Part shown: in pieces, positions 34,068 to 46,210 of the stretch | Layout: each line of letters starts with the position of its first letter | Numbering within the stretch: position 1 is the stretch's first letter | Source: the human T2T-CHM13v2.0 reference genome, Homo sapiens | Length of the DNA stretch: 64,000 nucleotides | Assembly: GCF_009914755.1 (NCBI RefSeq) | Contig: NC_060930.1 | Reading direction: 5' to 3' (one strand) | The notes under the pieces: model-generated | The model's database searches: none | What the model saw: only the letters and a program-made list of their open reading frames with translations | What the model was told of the DNA's origin: nothing | Made by a program: the position numbers and the translations under genes

Positions 34068-37000
34068 GGCATGCTCACTTAGTAATGTCTCATAGGTGAG
34101 TTGGACAAAGAATATTGGGTTTCTGATTGTCTTAATTGGTCCCTTTTAACATCCAAGAGTTGTTCAGGATGAAGTAATTCATAGTTACAATCCTACTGAC
34201 ACTGACATACTCCCTGAAAACTAGAACCTCCTCCCTTCCAGTGAAATGCAGGGTCCTTAGAGACTCTGTAATCTACTGGTAATTAAATGGACCCTCATTA
34301 ATTAGCACTCCTGTCAACAACTTGGCAGCTTGGTGGAGCACGTGGCCTGGGGTGGCAGGGGTGGTACGGGATAATGTACTTAAAGGTAAAGTAATACTTA
34401 GGTGTACAGGTCACAGCTGAGGCCTAATAAAGACAGGATTTACATAAACATTTTAGCTGATAAGTTTTAGGACAATTCCACAGTCTCATGTCTATCCAGT
34501 TCCATGAAGTTAGTTAATTTTCATTGAATTGTAAATTTCCAGCGAGTTGCATTTTAATGTATTTGTGCCTTTAAATTTGTATGCAAAGATTGCATAGGCT
34601 GTCAATTTGATGAACTCCTCACACTATATTGTGTGATATATATAATTAAAGCACCAAGATTCTATATTGACAAAAGCAGAAAGTGTCTTGAAGTGAATAT
34701 TAGCATTCTAAATTGGCAATTTTCATTCCATGCCAGAAGTATTTCTTCCCCCTGTGAGTCACAGCTCAGTTGTAGTCATAAAAATCACTGGGTGGTGGGG
34801 GGGAGTGGGGGGAATTGTGAACATTAAAGAAGTATTTATTTAACCTGTATCTTTTCAAGAATATATCTAATAGGTAAATTAGGATGAGCTATAGATATTA
34901 AACAGAGGTGTATGTGATAGAAACTATGATATAAACTGTAAAATCTACTAGTAGAGTCTGTGGATAAAAAGCATCTATGAGTTCATCATTCTGTTACAAT
35001 TTTTGCATCTGAGACTGCATAAGATTGTATCATTACCCAATCTCCTGCCTATATAATTCTTGCTTTAATTCAAAATCCAGAAATTCAGAAGCCATTTTCA
35101 AGTGAATGTAAAGATTCTTCAGTTCCTCTTGATCCCTATAGCCCCATGCAGCTCTGGGATAAGTGAGAGGAGGAAATAAAGAGCATAGCTTGACACCTTC
35201 AGTAGCCTAGAAAGTACCTTTCCATGCTGGGGGCAAAATGCATGTATAATAGCAGCATGGCGTACTGAACTTGGGCATCAAGAATCCCAGATCTGAAGGT
35301 CCTTTTACTAGCTATGTGCCTGTGGGCTGATCACTTCACCTCCCTGAACCTCAGTTTTCTTCCATCTCAAATTGAGATACCTACTTTCCAGGCTTATTGT
35401 AAACTCCAAATTAGACAAAAGAAGTGAAGTGTTCCAAATAAAAGCAATTTGGGAACCATAAAGTGCTTTATAAATGTCAGATACTTATAATACTTTGTCT
35501 TCCTCTTTAATCTCTCTAAAGTGTGTGAAACATGTCAACAGTTTTGTTTCTAAAGCAATGCCACTTACAAAACCGATGTGAAATAGCCATCAGGTAGCTG
35601 TGGAGAAACAGCCAGGTCAGTATAATACGCCACTGCTGTTGACAGCCTAAGTATTTTCTCATATAGCGTCCTTCAGTGAGGTAAGTTGGGGAGCTTCATT
35701 GCTTCAAATAACTGCTTCCTCTAATTCTGCCCATGTCATTCTTTTCAATTGTGCTAATTTGCCCGGCAGATATTTCCTGGCCAGCTGAGTTGGGTAGCAT
35801 CGGGTTCCAGTAGCTTGCTTATGGTCTATTTTAGACCAAGATCCTAGGGTGCAAGACCACAGCTAGTAATTGGCTGTACCAGAGGTTTTTAGGTTGATGT
35901 TTCCACTGAGATGGTAATTATGTAATCATCAGTTCCAAGTGAGGTGAGGCAGAGTCTCCATAGGGCAGGTTACAAAGAAACCTAAAACCCCCTCAGCCTC
36001 TCACCCAGGCTGAGGCTAAAAATAAGGGGTCAGAGAGTGGAAAGGGAAGATGTGTGGGGAAACTTCTTTGGAGAAAGGAGTGTGGGGTGCTATGCCCTTC
36101 ATCTCAAGCCAGCGAGAGGGGCTTCCCCAGGGGCCTGGGACTGCCAGAGACTGTAGTTAGGTGGCCTGGAGAACTGGAGCCTGACTCACTCCTGGGTAAG
36201 CTAAAGCTCCCTCCTATGGCAGCCTAGAAGGGGCTGCACCCAGACAAGCCTGAGCTCTCAGAATCACTAGGGTAACAGATGTGTAGGGTTTCCCTTGGGA
36301 CCTATCTAAAGGGGCACTGAAAGGTGGAATAAACCCTGGGTTTTTAGGATTTCCAGAAGCCCCCAGGAGGGAGGTCCCCATCAGTGGGAGACTACAAAGG
36401 ACCAGGAAAGACCTACATGAGCTGCTTTAACCATAAGCCAGCACAGCAAGCTTGAAGCTGCTCAACTCCAGGAAGAAATGCTCCATCTCCTTCCTTCTCC
36501 TCCTCCTCCTCACTGCCAGTTTGATCCAAGCTGGGCCTTAAACAACCTCTAGTGAATAGAGGGGCGGGTGGGGGTCGGGGACAAGCCTAAGCCTAGTGCA
36601 CCCCTTCAGGGAAGGCCAGCTAGAGACCTTAAGCCTGGGGCTGGAATGGGGGAGGAAGACTTTTTGAAGTTTGATGCATTTGTTTATATCTTGCACCCAA
36701 CATTATAGTTTTGAAATGAAGCTGTGGTTGAGATTTAGTTACAACAAGACTGTCAGTTATCTAAGAATGAGCAGAAAAATCCAGGGCTGTTTCGGGTCCT
36801 AAAATTATCCAATCAACGAATAGGTATTTATTTTCTGTTATGTTTGAAATCCTCTTGAGTATTTTGAAGAATATTTACATTCCTTTAGTTCAGGTTAGTA
36901 TAATTTCCCACCTGGCACGATGCCTTACACATAGTATGTGCTCAAAAATATTTTCAATTTAATTATTCTTTACAAGATGCTTAGCACCAAGGGAAGTGGC

Positions 37001-37832
37001 ATTTTCCCAGTGTTGATGACAAATAGCACTTCAGCTGGAAAATCTCCATATTTATAAAACGTGGTGCAAACCTGAATGGAGAGTGCTTATGATCTCACTT
37101 TTATTTAACACTGTACAGTGTTGCTAAATGGTCTAACAGGAGAAAAGGGAATTTAAACTAGAAACACATAAATGGAGTGCTTTTTGCCGTTCAACTGTGA
37201 TGATGCAAGAACAAAAAACGATTGGCCACGGGAGACCTAGACTGGAATCTCCTTCTCCTGCTCACTACACCTCAGGCCCCCAGTTCCTCTCCTGTGGATG
37301 GGGACGCCAGGCTGCCTACCTCAGACTCAGAAGGTACGATTACGTGCATACACTCTGCGAACTGAAGGGCTGTACAAATGCAAGGGCTTAATAACAGCCA
37401 ACAGTTTAATATTCGTTGATTGCCACGTGCATAGCGCTTTACATCTATTTTCTCATGCAGTCTTCATAACAGCCCAAGACCTACCTAGGTACTATTATTA
37501 ATATTTCCTGCCACTTGACATCGGAGGAAACAGAAGCTCAGCAAGTGGCTCCAGGTTATACAGAGCCCTAACCTGAGCCAGTAAATCCTTCTTACCCACA
37601 AGCATTAAGCTTCCGTCCTGCCTGCTGTTATTTAACAGAGGTGCTGGGATCCGGCAGGGGAGCAACAAATGTGGTTCGGCAAATTGCTAAACGAAAAGCG
37701 GACACCCGCCCACGACGCCTGCTCTGATCTGACCTCCCGGCCTACAGCCCTCTCCAGGCTCCTCCCACCCGCTCCGGCCGTCGCCACGCCTCGGAGCTTC
37801 TACGCATGCGTTGGCGGGACCCGCGCAGGCCC

Positions 37833-37957
37833 AGTGGCCGAGCGGCGTCGTGGGGTTACCCCGCCCGCGCCAGCGCTGCATCCCTGGCCGCTACCCGGGG
37901 AGAGCCGGAGGATGAATTGAACCTCGCAGCCGCTGCTATCTCCAGTGCTCATCACAG
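37833..37957 (+). other. ARMC2: Probable non-coding first exon of ARMC2
   Basis: Lies in the CpG island, with a CC|AGT initiator-like site at ~37833 and donor CAG|GTGCTT after 37957. Alternative donors after 37971 (CAG|GTCGGA), 38145 (GGG|GTGAGG) and 38232 (GAG|GTGAGG). The choice is partly from memory of the gene model. Confidence 0.55.
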
Positions 37958-38093
37958 GTGCTTTGGGTCAGGTCGGAAGCCTCCTTCCCTGAGCCCTCGC
38001 CAAGCTCATTCCCCGGCCCGCCTCTCCCGCCCTGCAGCGGCCTGGCCCTGCGGTCTGGCTGCCGGGGCGGCGGCGGGAGGTAGTTTGTGTACG

Positions 38094-38107
38094 GTTACCA
38101 TGGAGAC
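38094..38107 (-). promoter_or_regulatory. RFX X-box motif
   Basis: GTTACCATGGAGAC (reverse complement GTCTCC-AT-GGTAAC) matches the 14-bp X-box consensus GTHNYY-AT-RRNAAC, inside the promoter of a ciliary gene. Confidence 0.75.
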
Positions 38108-38832
38108 GCTGGCTGCGGGGCGAAGTGGGAGGGTGGCCGGGCGGGGTGAGGATGCTGCTGCGCCCTGCCCTGGCCGGGACCGTGGAGGAGCGGGCACTGC
38201 CGTGGGTGGGGGAGCCGCTGTCCGAGCGGGAGGTGAGGTGTCCCCAGCGGCTCCCCAGGGACCCTTCCTGCCGTCGTCCGCCTGTGTGTCCTCGGATGGG
38301 GTAGAGAGACGATGAGTGCCCTGTGCATGCTGTCAGGGGTCCGGAGCGGTTGTCTTTTATTTATGTACTGTCGCACTTAGCCAAGTGCGTGGTGCTTAAT
38401 AAGAAGCCCAGTAATATTTGTTGAATGAGAGTGGTAGACTAAGGGGCTTTGTCTAGGCAGGCGGTGACCGGGCCAGAGTCATACAGTTTATATCTGGGCA
38501 CTTCCAGGCAACAGGGCCTCAATAAATAAAAACGTATGTGTAACAATATTTAACATACTTTAAAATCATGGAGTGTATACATAATGCCTTTTGTGATCCA
38601 TTCCCACAAGTAACACAACAGATCTTACGTCCCACCCTGATTTATAATAATTATACTTTAATTTGGTTGAAAAGCAAGCACCATTTATTATATTTATCCT
38701 GGTTTCTTAATCTATGGGATTCTGGTTGTTGATGTTGATTTGGCATAGCTGATATTCAATAAAATGCTTAATAAAAATTATCTGTTTTCATAAAGGCAAG
38801 TACCACCACCCACCTTTTAAAAGGAGAAGTAC

Positions 38833-38952
38833 GTAATGTAAATGACGAGTTGATGGGTGCAGCAAACCAACATGGCACATGTATACCTATGTATCAAACC
38901 TGTACATTGTGCACATGTACCCTAGAACTTAAAGTATAATAATAAAAAAAAA
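38833..38952 (+). mobile_element. Very short L1PA 3' end in ARMC2 intron 1 (sense)
   Basis: GATGGGTGCAGCAAACCAACATGGCACATGTATACC...CCCTAGAACTTAAAGTATAATAATAAAAAAAAA. Confidence 0.85.
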
Positions 38953-39119
38953 CTTATGTATAGAAACACTGAACAAACGTCATTCTCTCTTTTGCAATTT
39001 CTTTTTTTAAATGTAGTTTTTCATTCGTGGAAATGATTTTGCTGTATCCTTTTATCATGTAGCACTTGGGCAATAATTGTTAACATCTTTAAGGGCCATA
39101 TTTTAAAATGTTAACATTT

Positions 39120-39315
39120 TTAAAGCACTGTGCTAACGCACTTTACATGTATTATATCATTTAATTCTTCAAACAATCCTATGGGGCAATTATTATTACT
39201 ATCCACCTTTTATAGATGAGGAAACTGATGCTTAGAGATATTAGAGGCATTGCCTAAGGTCACATGGCTGTGAATTGTCAGCATTTAAACCCTTAGTCCA
39301 GCATCTAAGCACTTA
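39120..39315 (-). mobile_element. MIR
   Basis: Core TTTTATAGATGAGGAAACTGATGCTTAGAGA..TTGCCTAAGGTCACATGGCT. Confidence 0.75.
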
Positions 39316-41069
39316 ACCACTGCCTCTTTGGATGCTCATATTAATACAAAAATGATTCAGAGTTATGGAAGGGTCCTGAGTATTTGATTTGCAGGGAAGA
39401 CTGTGAAGCTGGCCTGCTTTTCCCCTGTTGCAGACATCCTGGTAGTGCAGTGTTGCATTTAGCAAGAAGGCTCTGGTTCCAGTGGCTATTAGCAGCAACG
39501 ATAAAGACAGGTCTTTATAATTAGTTATAAACTTCTATAAATTATGACTCTGAGCTTTCACCCAGACCAGTAGGAAATATCTTGTTGAAAAAAAAGTTCT
39601 TCACTTTCAAATTTCCTACTGCTGGTGGTGTTCACCCTCTAGAGGTCCTGTGGATACCATGGACTCAGGATAGTGTGATGCAAGACAGAACTCAGCCTCT
39701 TTCTTCTTTCCTCTTGAAATCAGCTTCTCCTCCTGTTTCTTTTAAAAGGTCCCTTGCCCTCTGGCTCCCCTAGGTTTGCATACCTAGTGTTGTTTCTGGC
39801 CTCTTCCTGGAATCATGGATGCCAAATCCTGTTAATTCTGTTCTCAGTGCACCTCACTTGTTCTCATCTCTCCTCTAACCTCTGCTTCACCTTGACTCCT
39901 GTATCTCAGGCTTTCCGTACTTCACTCATTCGTCACAACATTGAGTCCTACTCTGTGCCAGGCAACTTGAAATAAAGGCAAGACAGGGAAAGGAGGCTAA
40001 ATCTGAACTCATCTGACCACATAACATCAAAAATCAGATTTGAAATAAGGTCCAGATTTCATAATTCACTGTAACAAATATCTCCAGTTAGAGAAACTAT
40101 GCAGCCTTCATCTGAAAATGTCTTAGCTCAAGTCTATATTTAAAAATGGAGTCTAGTGATTACGTAAGTGTTGACCTTCAGCTGTGCCTCACGCGGACGG
40201 TTGGGGCAGAGAGTCTCGGGCCAACACCACATGTACAGGGAATTCTAACACAGTGGGAGAGTGGAGTGGCAGAGACCAGCCCGGGGCCTTTTGGAGTCTG
40301 GACGAGGGGCACTTAACTCAGGCTAGCAGGGTGGGAGAGGCATGTCCAGGAAAGCTTCCTTGAGGAAATGACCTTTGAGAGTTAGCTGGGTGATTACATA
40401 AAAACTGTCTGATTTCACTACTTCTGATCTTTGCCCTCCTTTCCTTCCTGCCCATCTCTGCCAGATCACATCATCCCTCAAAATGTTGTATTTGATCTGC
40501 TCATCAACTTTTGATTTCTCGCCATTTAATTTATTTGGTTCAGCCCCAATGGCCATTTTCAGAGTTCCCTCTTGTCCACACACACCCTGTATGTCTTGAT
40601 GCTCTGCGCTGGCTCACTTGCCGACTTTGTTGGAACTTCCTTCTCTACTCCAGCTCCAGTGCCAGCCACTGCCACTTGCTCAAATTCAGCCCTTCTTTCA
40701 CAACCGAGCTCAAGCACCACCTCTTCCAGGAAGTCTACCTGATGTCTTCCCCCAATCAGAAATCTCTTCTTCCTTTGTGATCACATAAGTAATTTGTCTC
40801 TATTGTTTTTATTGCTGCCATCAGTTTCTACCTTGTATTTAAATCATTTGAGTATAAGCAGGGTAAATACTCACTGGGTACGTACCAGGAAGGCTGCTCC
40901 TGTTGGGAAAATATTGGGGTCTCTGTGTGAATGGGTTAATAGTTGCAGCCCCAATGCCTCTAAGTGCCCCACCTCCTACCAGCCATCTAGTGGGTAAGAG
41001 TTTGAATATTATCTGTGGGCATATATCATAGCTTTTTTTTTTGTATTGCTTAAGACCCTGTCCAGACCA

Positions 41070-41190
41070 TGGATTACATGGTGGCTCACACCTGTAATCC
41101 CAGCACTTCAAGAAGCCAAGGAGGATAGCTTGAGCCCAGGAGTTTGAGACCAGCCTGGACAACATAGTGAGACCTCATCTCTAGTTATTA
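41070..41190 (+). mobile_element. Alu left-arm monomer (FLAM-like)
   Basis: GTGGCTCACACCTGTAATCCCAGCACTT..GAGACCTCATCTCTA. Confidence 0.8.
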
Positions 41191-43678
41191 TTATTATTTT
41201 TTAAAAGATTCTATCCACCTTGCAAAATTGTTGTGGGGTTAATTGAGATAATGCAGTCAAGAGTACTTAGCACAGTGCTTGGTGTTAAAGTAAATGTTTA
41301 TCTCACATTAGTGGTTCTTCTTGCTTGAGAGTGAAGACGGTCTTTTATTCCTCTTTGTGTTTCCTCTTCTGTGTTTCCCAGAGATCTAAGCAGAGGGCTT
41401 TGCACATAGGAAACAGTTAATCAGTACTTCTAGCTGAGTGGATTTGCTCTACTTGGAAGGAAAATTTTGTAAAGTTAGAATTTCTGTAGGACTATTGTGT
41501 TATGGTTCAGGTATACTTTAAGTAGATAAGCTTTCAGGTCCTGAGTGATTAATTTTTCAAGTTGGCAAAAACCATCTATAATAATTTGTAGTTTAACAAA
41601 TATCAATTTAAAAATCCTCCCCCCAAAGCCCCACTTCTAATTCTTCTAAGTCAGTTCACATGTATTATTAAATATTTCCATGATTGATTTAGTGAATATT
41701 AATATATGATCATAACATTGTGCAGATTTTACATTATTGTACAAGTTTCTCACAATATAATTGTTAAAGTGAGATTTGGTGGAAAAAAGAAGAAGGATAG
41801 AGAAAATTGTGTTAGAATTTTTGGTAAAAATTTGTAGACAAAAATATTTTTAGCCCTGTATCTACATTGTTTCTATCAGTATAGTATTTGGTCAGTCTAA
41901 ATTCCTATATGCCCCCAGGTAATTCACAGAATTTTTAGAGTTTGACCTGAGTAAATGTTCCTGCTTCATCACTCTCTGAAAGAGTATAGTTTTTAATGCA
42001 AACTCAAAGATAGCCAGAGAGAACCTTAGGTCAGGAGTGAGAGTCTATTATTACTCCCCACAGAACTTTCTCTAATCTTTATTAGATTTGCCAGATTACT
42101 TTTGGACATTGTTAGACTTATTAGTGCCATGTGAGGCCAAAGGGGTGGCAAACCTGATTTAGGCTCTGGAAGAAGCCTGTTTATTATACAGAAACCTCTT
42201 CTCACTTAGTGGCATAATTTCTTACTGCAATAGGTCTTTTAGAAACAGACCAACAAACCTGTCATGGCTGCTTAAGTTAGATGTTACGGGACTGAATTTG
42301 TATTATGCATCCAAAAATAATATACAATATGTAGATATAAAAAATTGTGTATATATTTTAAATAATTATGATTGAATATTCTAAAGTAAAAGCCAATCAT
42401 TTCAAAAGTATTGGAAATAAAATGTACTAGGCCTCTCATCATTTTTGATAGTTATATTAATGAATGTAATTGTAGAGACTGTGCTTAAATTCAAAATCCT
42501 GTATCAAAAATTCCTAAAATAGTATTGCTTATCAAGTAATTTTTTTACTGTTTTAACTCAACACCTGGCATTTCCATATGAAAAGTATGACATATTGTTT
42601 ATAGTTTTCATCAGAAACTCTTGGGGTGGGGCCTGTGTAGAAGGAAACAAATGTTCTTATTGTCTGTTGTTATGTAACAATGTTTAGAATCATAATATAG
42701 TAAATCTTTATTTGTCTAAGGAATCACCTGTTGATTCTACTTATAGAAATGGAATCTTTTTAGTTTCCTGGGGCATGTGTCACAAAGCAGTTTTCTGTTG
42801 TGCAGAAGTTATTCTAAAATTGGGTAGCTGAAATAGGTGAAAAATTCATAGATCTCTGTCTCTTTAGAGATATGACATTTTATGGACTTTGAGTTTTTTT
42901 TTAAGAAACACCTAATGCTATATACTCATTAGAATTACATTTTAAAAATCTGTCCTATTTTAAAGTTCAGATTTGTCTCCATGGAACACACCAACATTTG
43001 AGAAGGATCTGCATTCTCATGGCCCTTGTAATGACTTTAACTCTTTCAGGAAGGGGTGTTGGGAAAGGATCAGTTGGTATTGATATTTGGTATTTATTTA
43101 CTTAGGTCATTACCTCAAATTATAGGTGAGTTGAATCAATTCATTCAGTTATATCATGGACAAATGTGGGGCTGAACTATTCTCTGAGGTTTGTTGCAAA
43201 ATCAAGTGTCCTTTAGAAATACAACATTTCTGTCTAAAATGTAACCTTATAGTATCACTAGTGTGGAGGGCAGTGGGGAAGAAAAGGAAACTGTAAACAT
43301 TTTAACAGAACCCTCAGTGTTTTTTGTAGGCTGAAGACCATGAGATGATTCGCTCTTCCTATTCTGTCTTCTTTCATGATTAGTCTTTCTCTCTGGGTTT
43401 AGCTTTCATCCTGGTTTTCTTTCCTGCACATCTTTGTCCTCAGTTGTATATTTTTGAGGAAATTTTCCTCTCTACATTTTTGAGAGCTGTTCTCAGATCC
43501 TAACCTTCTAACTGCTTGGTGGATTTTTAAAAGCTTAATATAGAGGAATGATTTAGTATATGGATGGGCTTAAGCATTCGTTTTTATAAAGTCCTGGACA
43601 AAAATAATGATGGTTTTTGTACCATGTATTTGCAGGGTGTGGTGTCTATCTGAAGAATATTTTACTTTCAAAGGAAAG

Positions 43679-43896
43679 ATGCTGTCTCCAAATGATAAAA
43701 TGTTAGGAAAACTGGATCCATTTTATCAACCTTCAGTGTCCAAGCAGAAGACCAGTGCAGAAATCATAAGTGAAGCAAGAAATGCATTAAGAACAGTTAG
43801 AACCCAAAGACCATTTACACCACAGGAGGCTCAAAGAAAACTATTCGGACCTGCATCCTCAAGAACATCAGAAAATAGACCTCCTTCCTCCTTCAG
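43679..43896 (+). CDS. ARMC2: ARMC2 first coding exon (exon 43636-43896; 43 nt 5'UTR, then ATG at 43679)
   Basis: Acceptor TTTGCAG|G at 43635/43636, ATG in AAGATGC context, donor CAG|GTATAT after 43896. 218 coding nt (phase 2). Lies within ORF 43607..43936. Confidence 0.93.
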
Positions 43897-44596
43897 GTAT
43901 ATGGCATTTCACATTCATGTTCATTCAGATATTTAAGCACCAGGTTATACCTTCCCTTAATTCTACTTAAGGTTAGCTTTTAAAAATAGACTTATTTTTT
44001 AGAACAGTTTTAAGTTCACAGCAAAATTGAGTGGAAGGTACAGAGATTTCCCATGTACCCCCTACCACAACACATCTGCAGCATCTCATTATGACCATCC
44101 CCCACCAGAGTGGTACATTGGTTACCATCGACGAACATACTTTGACACACCATTATCACTCAAAGGCTGTAGTTCACATTGGCGTTCACTCTTGGTGTTG
44201 TACATTTTATGTGTTTGGACAAATTTCTGATGACATGTAACCACTATTATAGTATTATACAGAGTAGTTTCACTGCCCTACAAATTCTTCACTCTGCTTA
44301 TTTTTCACTTCCTTCCCTCATCCCCTAGCAACCACTGATCTTTTTACTGTCTCCATGATTTTGCCTTTGCCAGAATGTCATATAGTTGGAATATACAGTA
44401 TGTCACCTTTTCAGATTGGCTTCTTTGACTTAGTAATATGCATTTAAGTTTCCTCCATGATTTCTCATGGCTTGAATAGCTCATTTCTTTTTAGTGCTGA
44501 ATAATATTCCATTGTCTGGATGTACCACAGTTTATCTATCCATTCACCTACTGAAGGACATCTCATTTGCTTCCATGTTTTGGCAACTACAAATAA

Positions 44597-44961
<365 letters not shown>

Positions 44962-45721
44962 AAGTTTTCAACTCCTTTGGGTAAACACCAAGGAGCATGA
45001 TTGCTGGATCATATGGGAAGATTGCGTTTAGCTTTGTAAGAAACTGCCAAACTGTCTTCCAAAGGGGCTATATCATTTTGCCTTCCCACCAGCAATGAAT
45101 GAGAGATCCTGTTCCTCCACATCCTAGCCAGCATTGACATTGTCAGTGTTCTAGATTTTGGCCATTCGAATAAGTGTGTAGTGGTATCTCATTGTTTTAA
45201 GTTACTTTCCCTGGACATGTGATGTGGAGCATCTTTTTATATACTTATTTTACATATGTATGTCTTCTTTGGTCAGGTGTCTGTTAAGGTCTGTGGCCCA
45301 TTTTTTAAATGGGTTGTTTGTGTTGTTGAATTTTAAGAATTATTTATGTATTTTGGATAACAATTCATTATCTTACATGTCTTTTGCAAATGTTGTCTCC
45401 TGCTCTGCAGCTTTTCTTCTTCTTCTCTTGATAGTGTCTTTTGCAGAGCAGAAAATTTTAATTTTAATGAAGTCAAGCTTATCAATTCTTTCTTTCATGG
45501 ATCTTGCTTTTGGTGTTGTATATTAAAAGTCATCGCAATACGCAAGGTTTTCTAGACTTTGTCCTATGTTATATTTTAGAGATTTTATAGTTTTGTGTTT
45601 TACATTTAGGTCTGTGATCCATTTTGAGTTAATTTTTGTAAAGGGTGTTAGGTTTGTTTTTTGTTTGTTTTTGTTTTTGTTTTTGCATGTAGATGCTAGA
45701 TGTCCAGTTGTCCCAGCACTG

Positions 45722-46210
45722 TTTTTTTTTTCTAGGAATATGAGCCAAAGTTTTACTTGTTAATTTCTTGCATTTGAAGTACTCTTTGATAACATCCTTG
45801 GCTTGAGACTTTTCCCATAGTCCTACCACACAACTACAACCAACCATTTTATGGGGTTTCCCTCTCTGTCAGTTTTACAGAGACCTACCCATTACCCTAG
45901 TTTCTTGTCATCAACCTTAATTAGGTGGATTTGGTGTTCAGCTCAAAGGGCCTCCATCAATTTGACATACACAGGCTCATCACAGTTAGATGAAAGCCAC
46001 AAAGATGGGCTTGGCTCTTGTCTGACGCTTTGACAGCTTCGCAAATTCCTTGTGCTAGGCTGACCTGGATGAGAGTGGTCTTCAGCACCTCTTTTAAAGC
46101 AGTATTAACATCCACTGCACCTCCAGCAGCAGTGTCTTCCTCAGCCATGGCAATGGGTTATGAGGGAAGGTGGATCTTGAATACACTGAGCCTCCACCTC
46201 AGCGAAAGAG
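45722..46210 (-). pseudogene. RPS12 processed pseudogene (full length, antisense in ARMC2 intron 2)
   Basis: ORFs [24 protein letters not shown]... (ATG 46148) and ...[23 protein letters not shown] match RPS12 with frameshifts. TOP start CTCTTTC at 46210, poly(A) remnant 45722-45731, TSD CCCAGCAC.. at 45712 and 46211. Confidence 0.92.

Larger units (their letters stand above)
37690..38350. promoter_or_regulatory. ARMC2: CpG island / ARMC2 promoter
   Basis: Abrupt GC- and CpG-rich block in an AT-rich background. Contains GC boxes (CCGCCC), an NRF1-like palindrome ACGCATGCGT at 37802-37811 and several 5' splice-site candidates. Confidence 0.9.

Noticed and set aside
38075-38086. ZNF143/ACTACA-type promoter motif (reverse AAACTACCTCCC)
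   Set aside because: Spacing between ACTAC and CCC is shorter than in the established ACTAYRNNNCCCR motif.
37806-38315. 169-aa Ala/Gly/Arg/Pro-rich ORF
   Set aside because: Typical stop-poor CpG-island frame crossing splice donors. Only its internal ATG 38100 is considered, as a possible uORF.
42975-42989. Second X-box-like sequence GTCTCCATGGAACAC in intron 1
   Set aside because: The right half-site does not fit RRNAAC, and it lies far from the CpG island.
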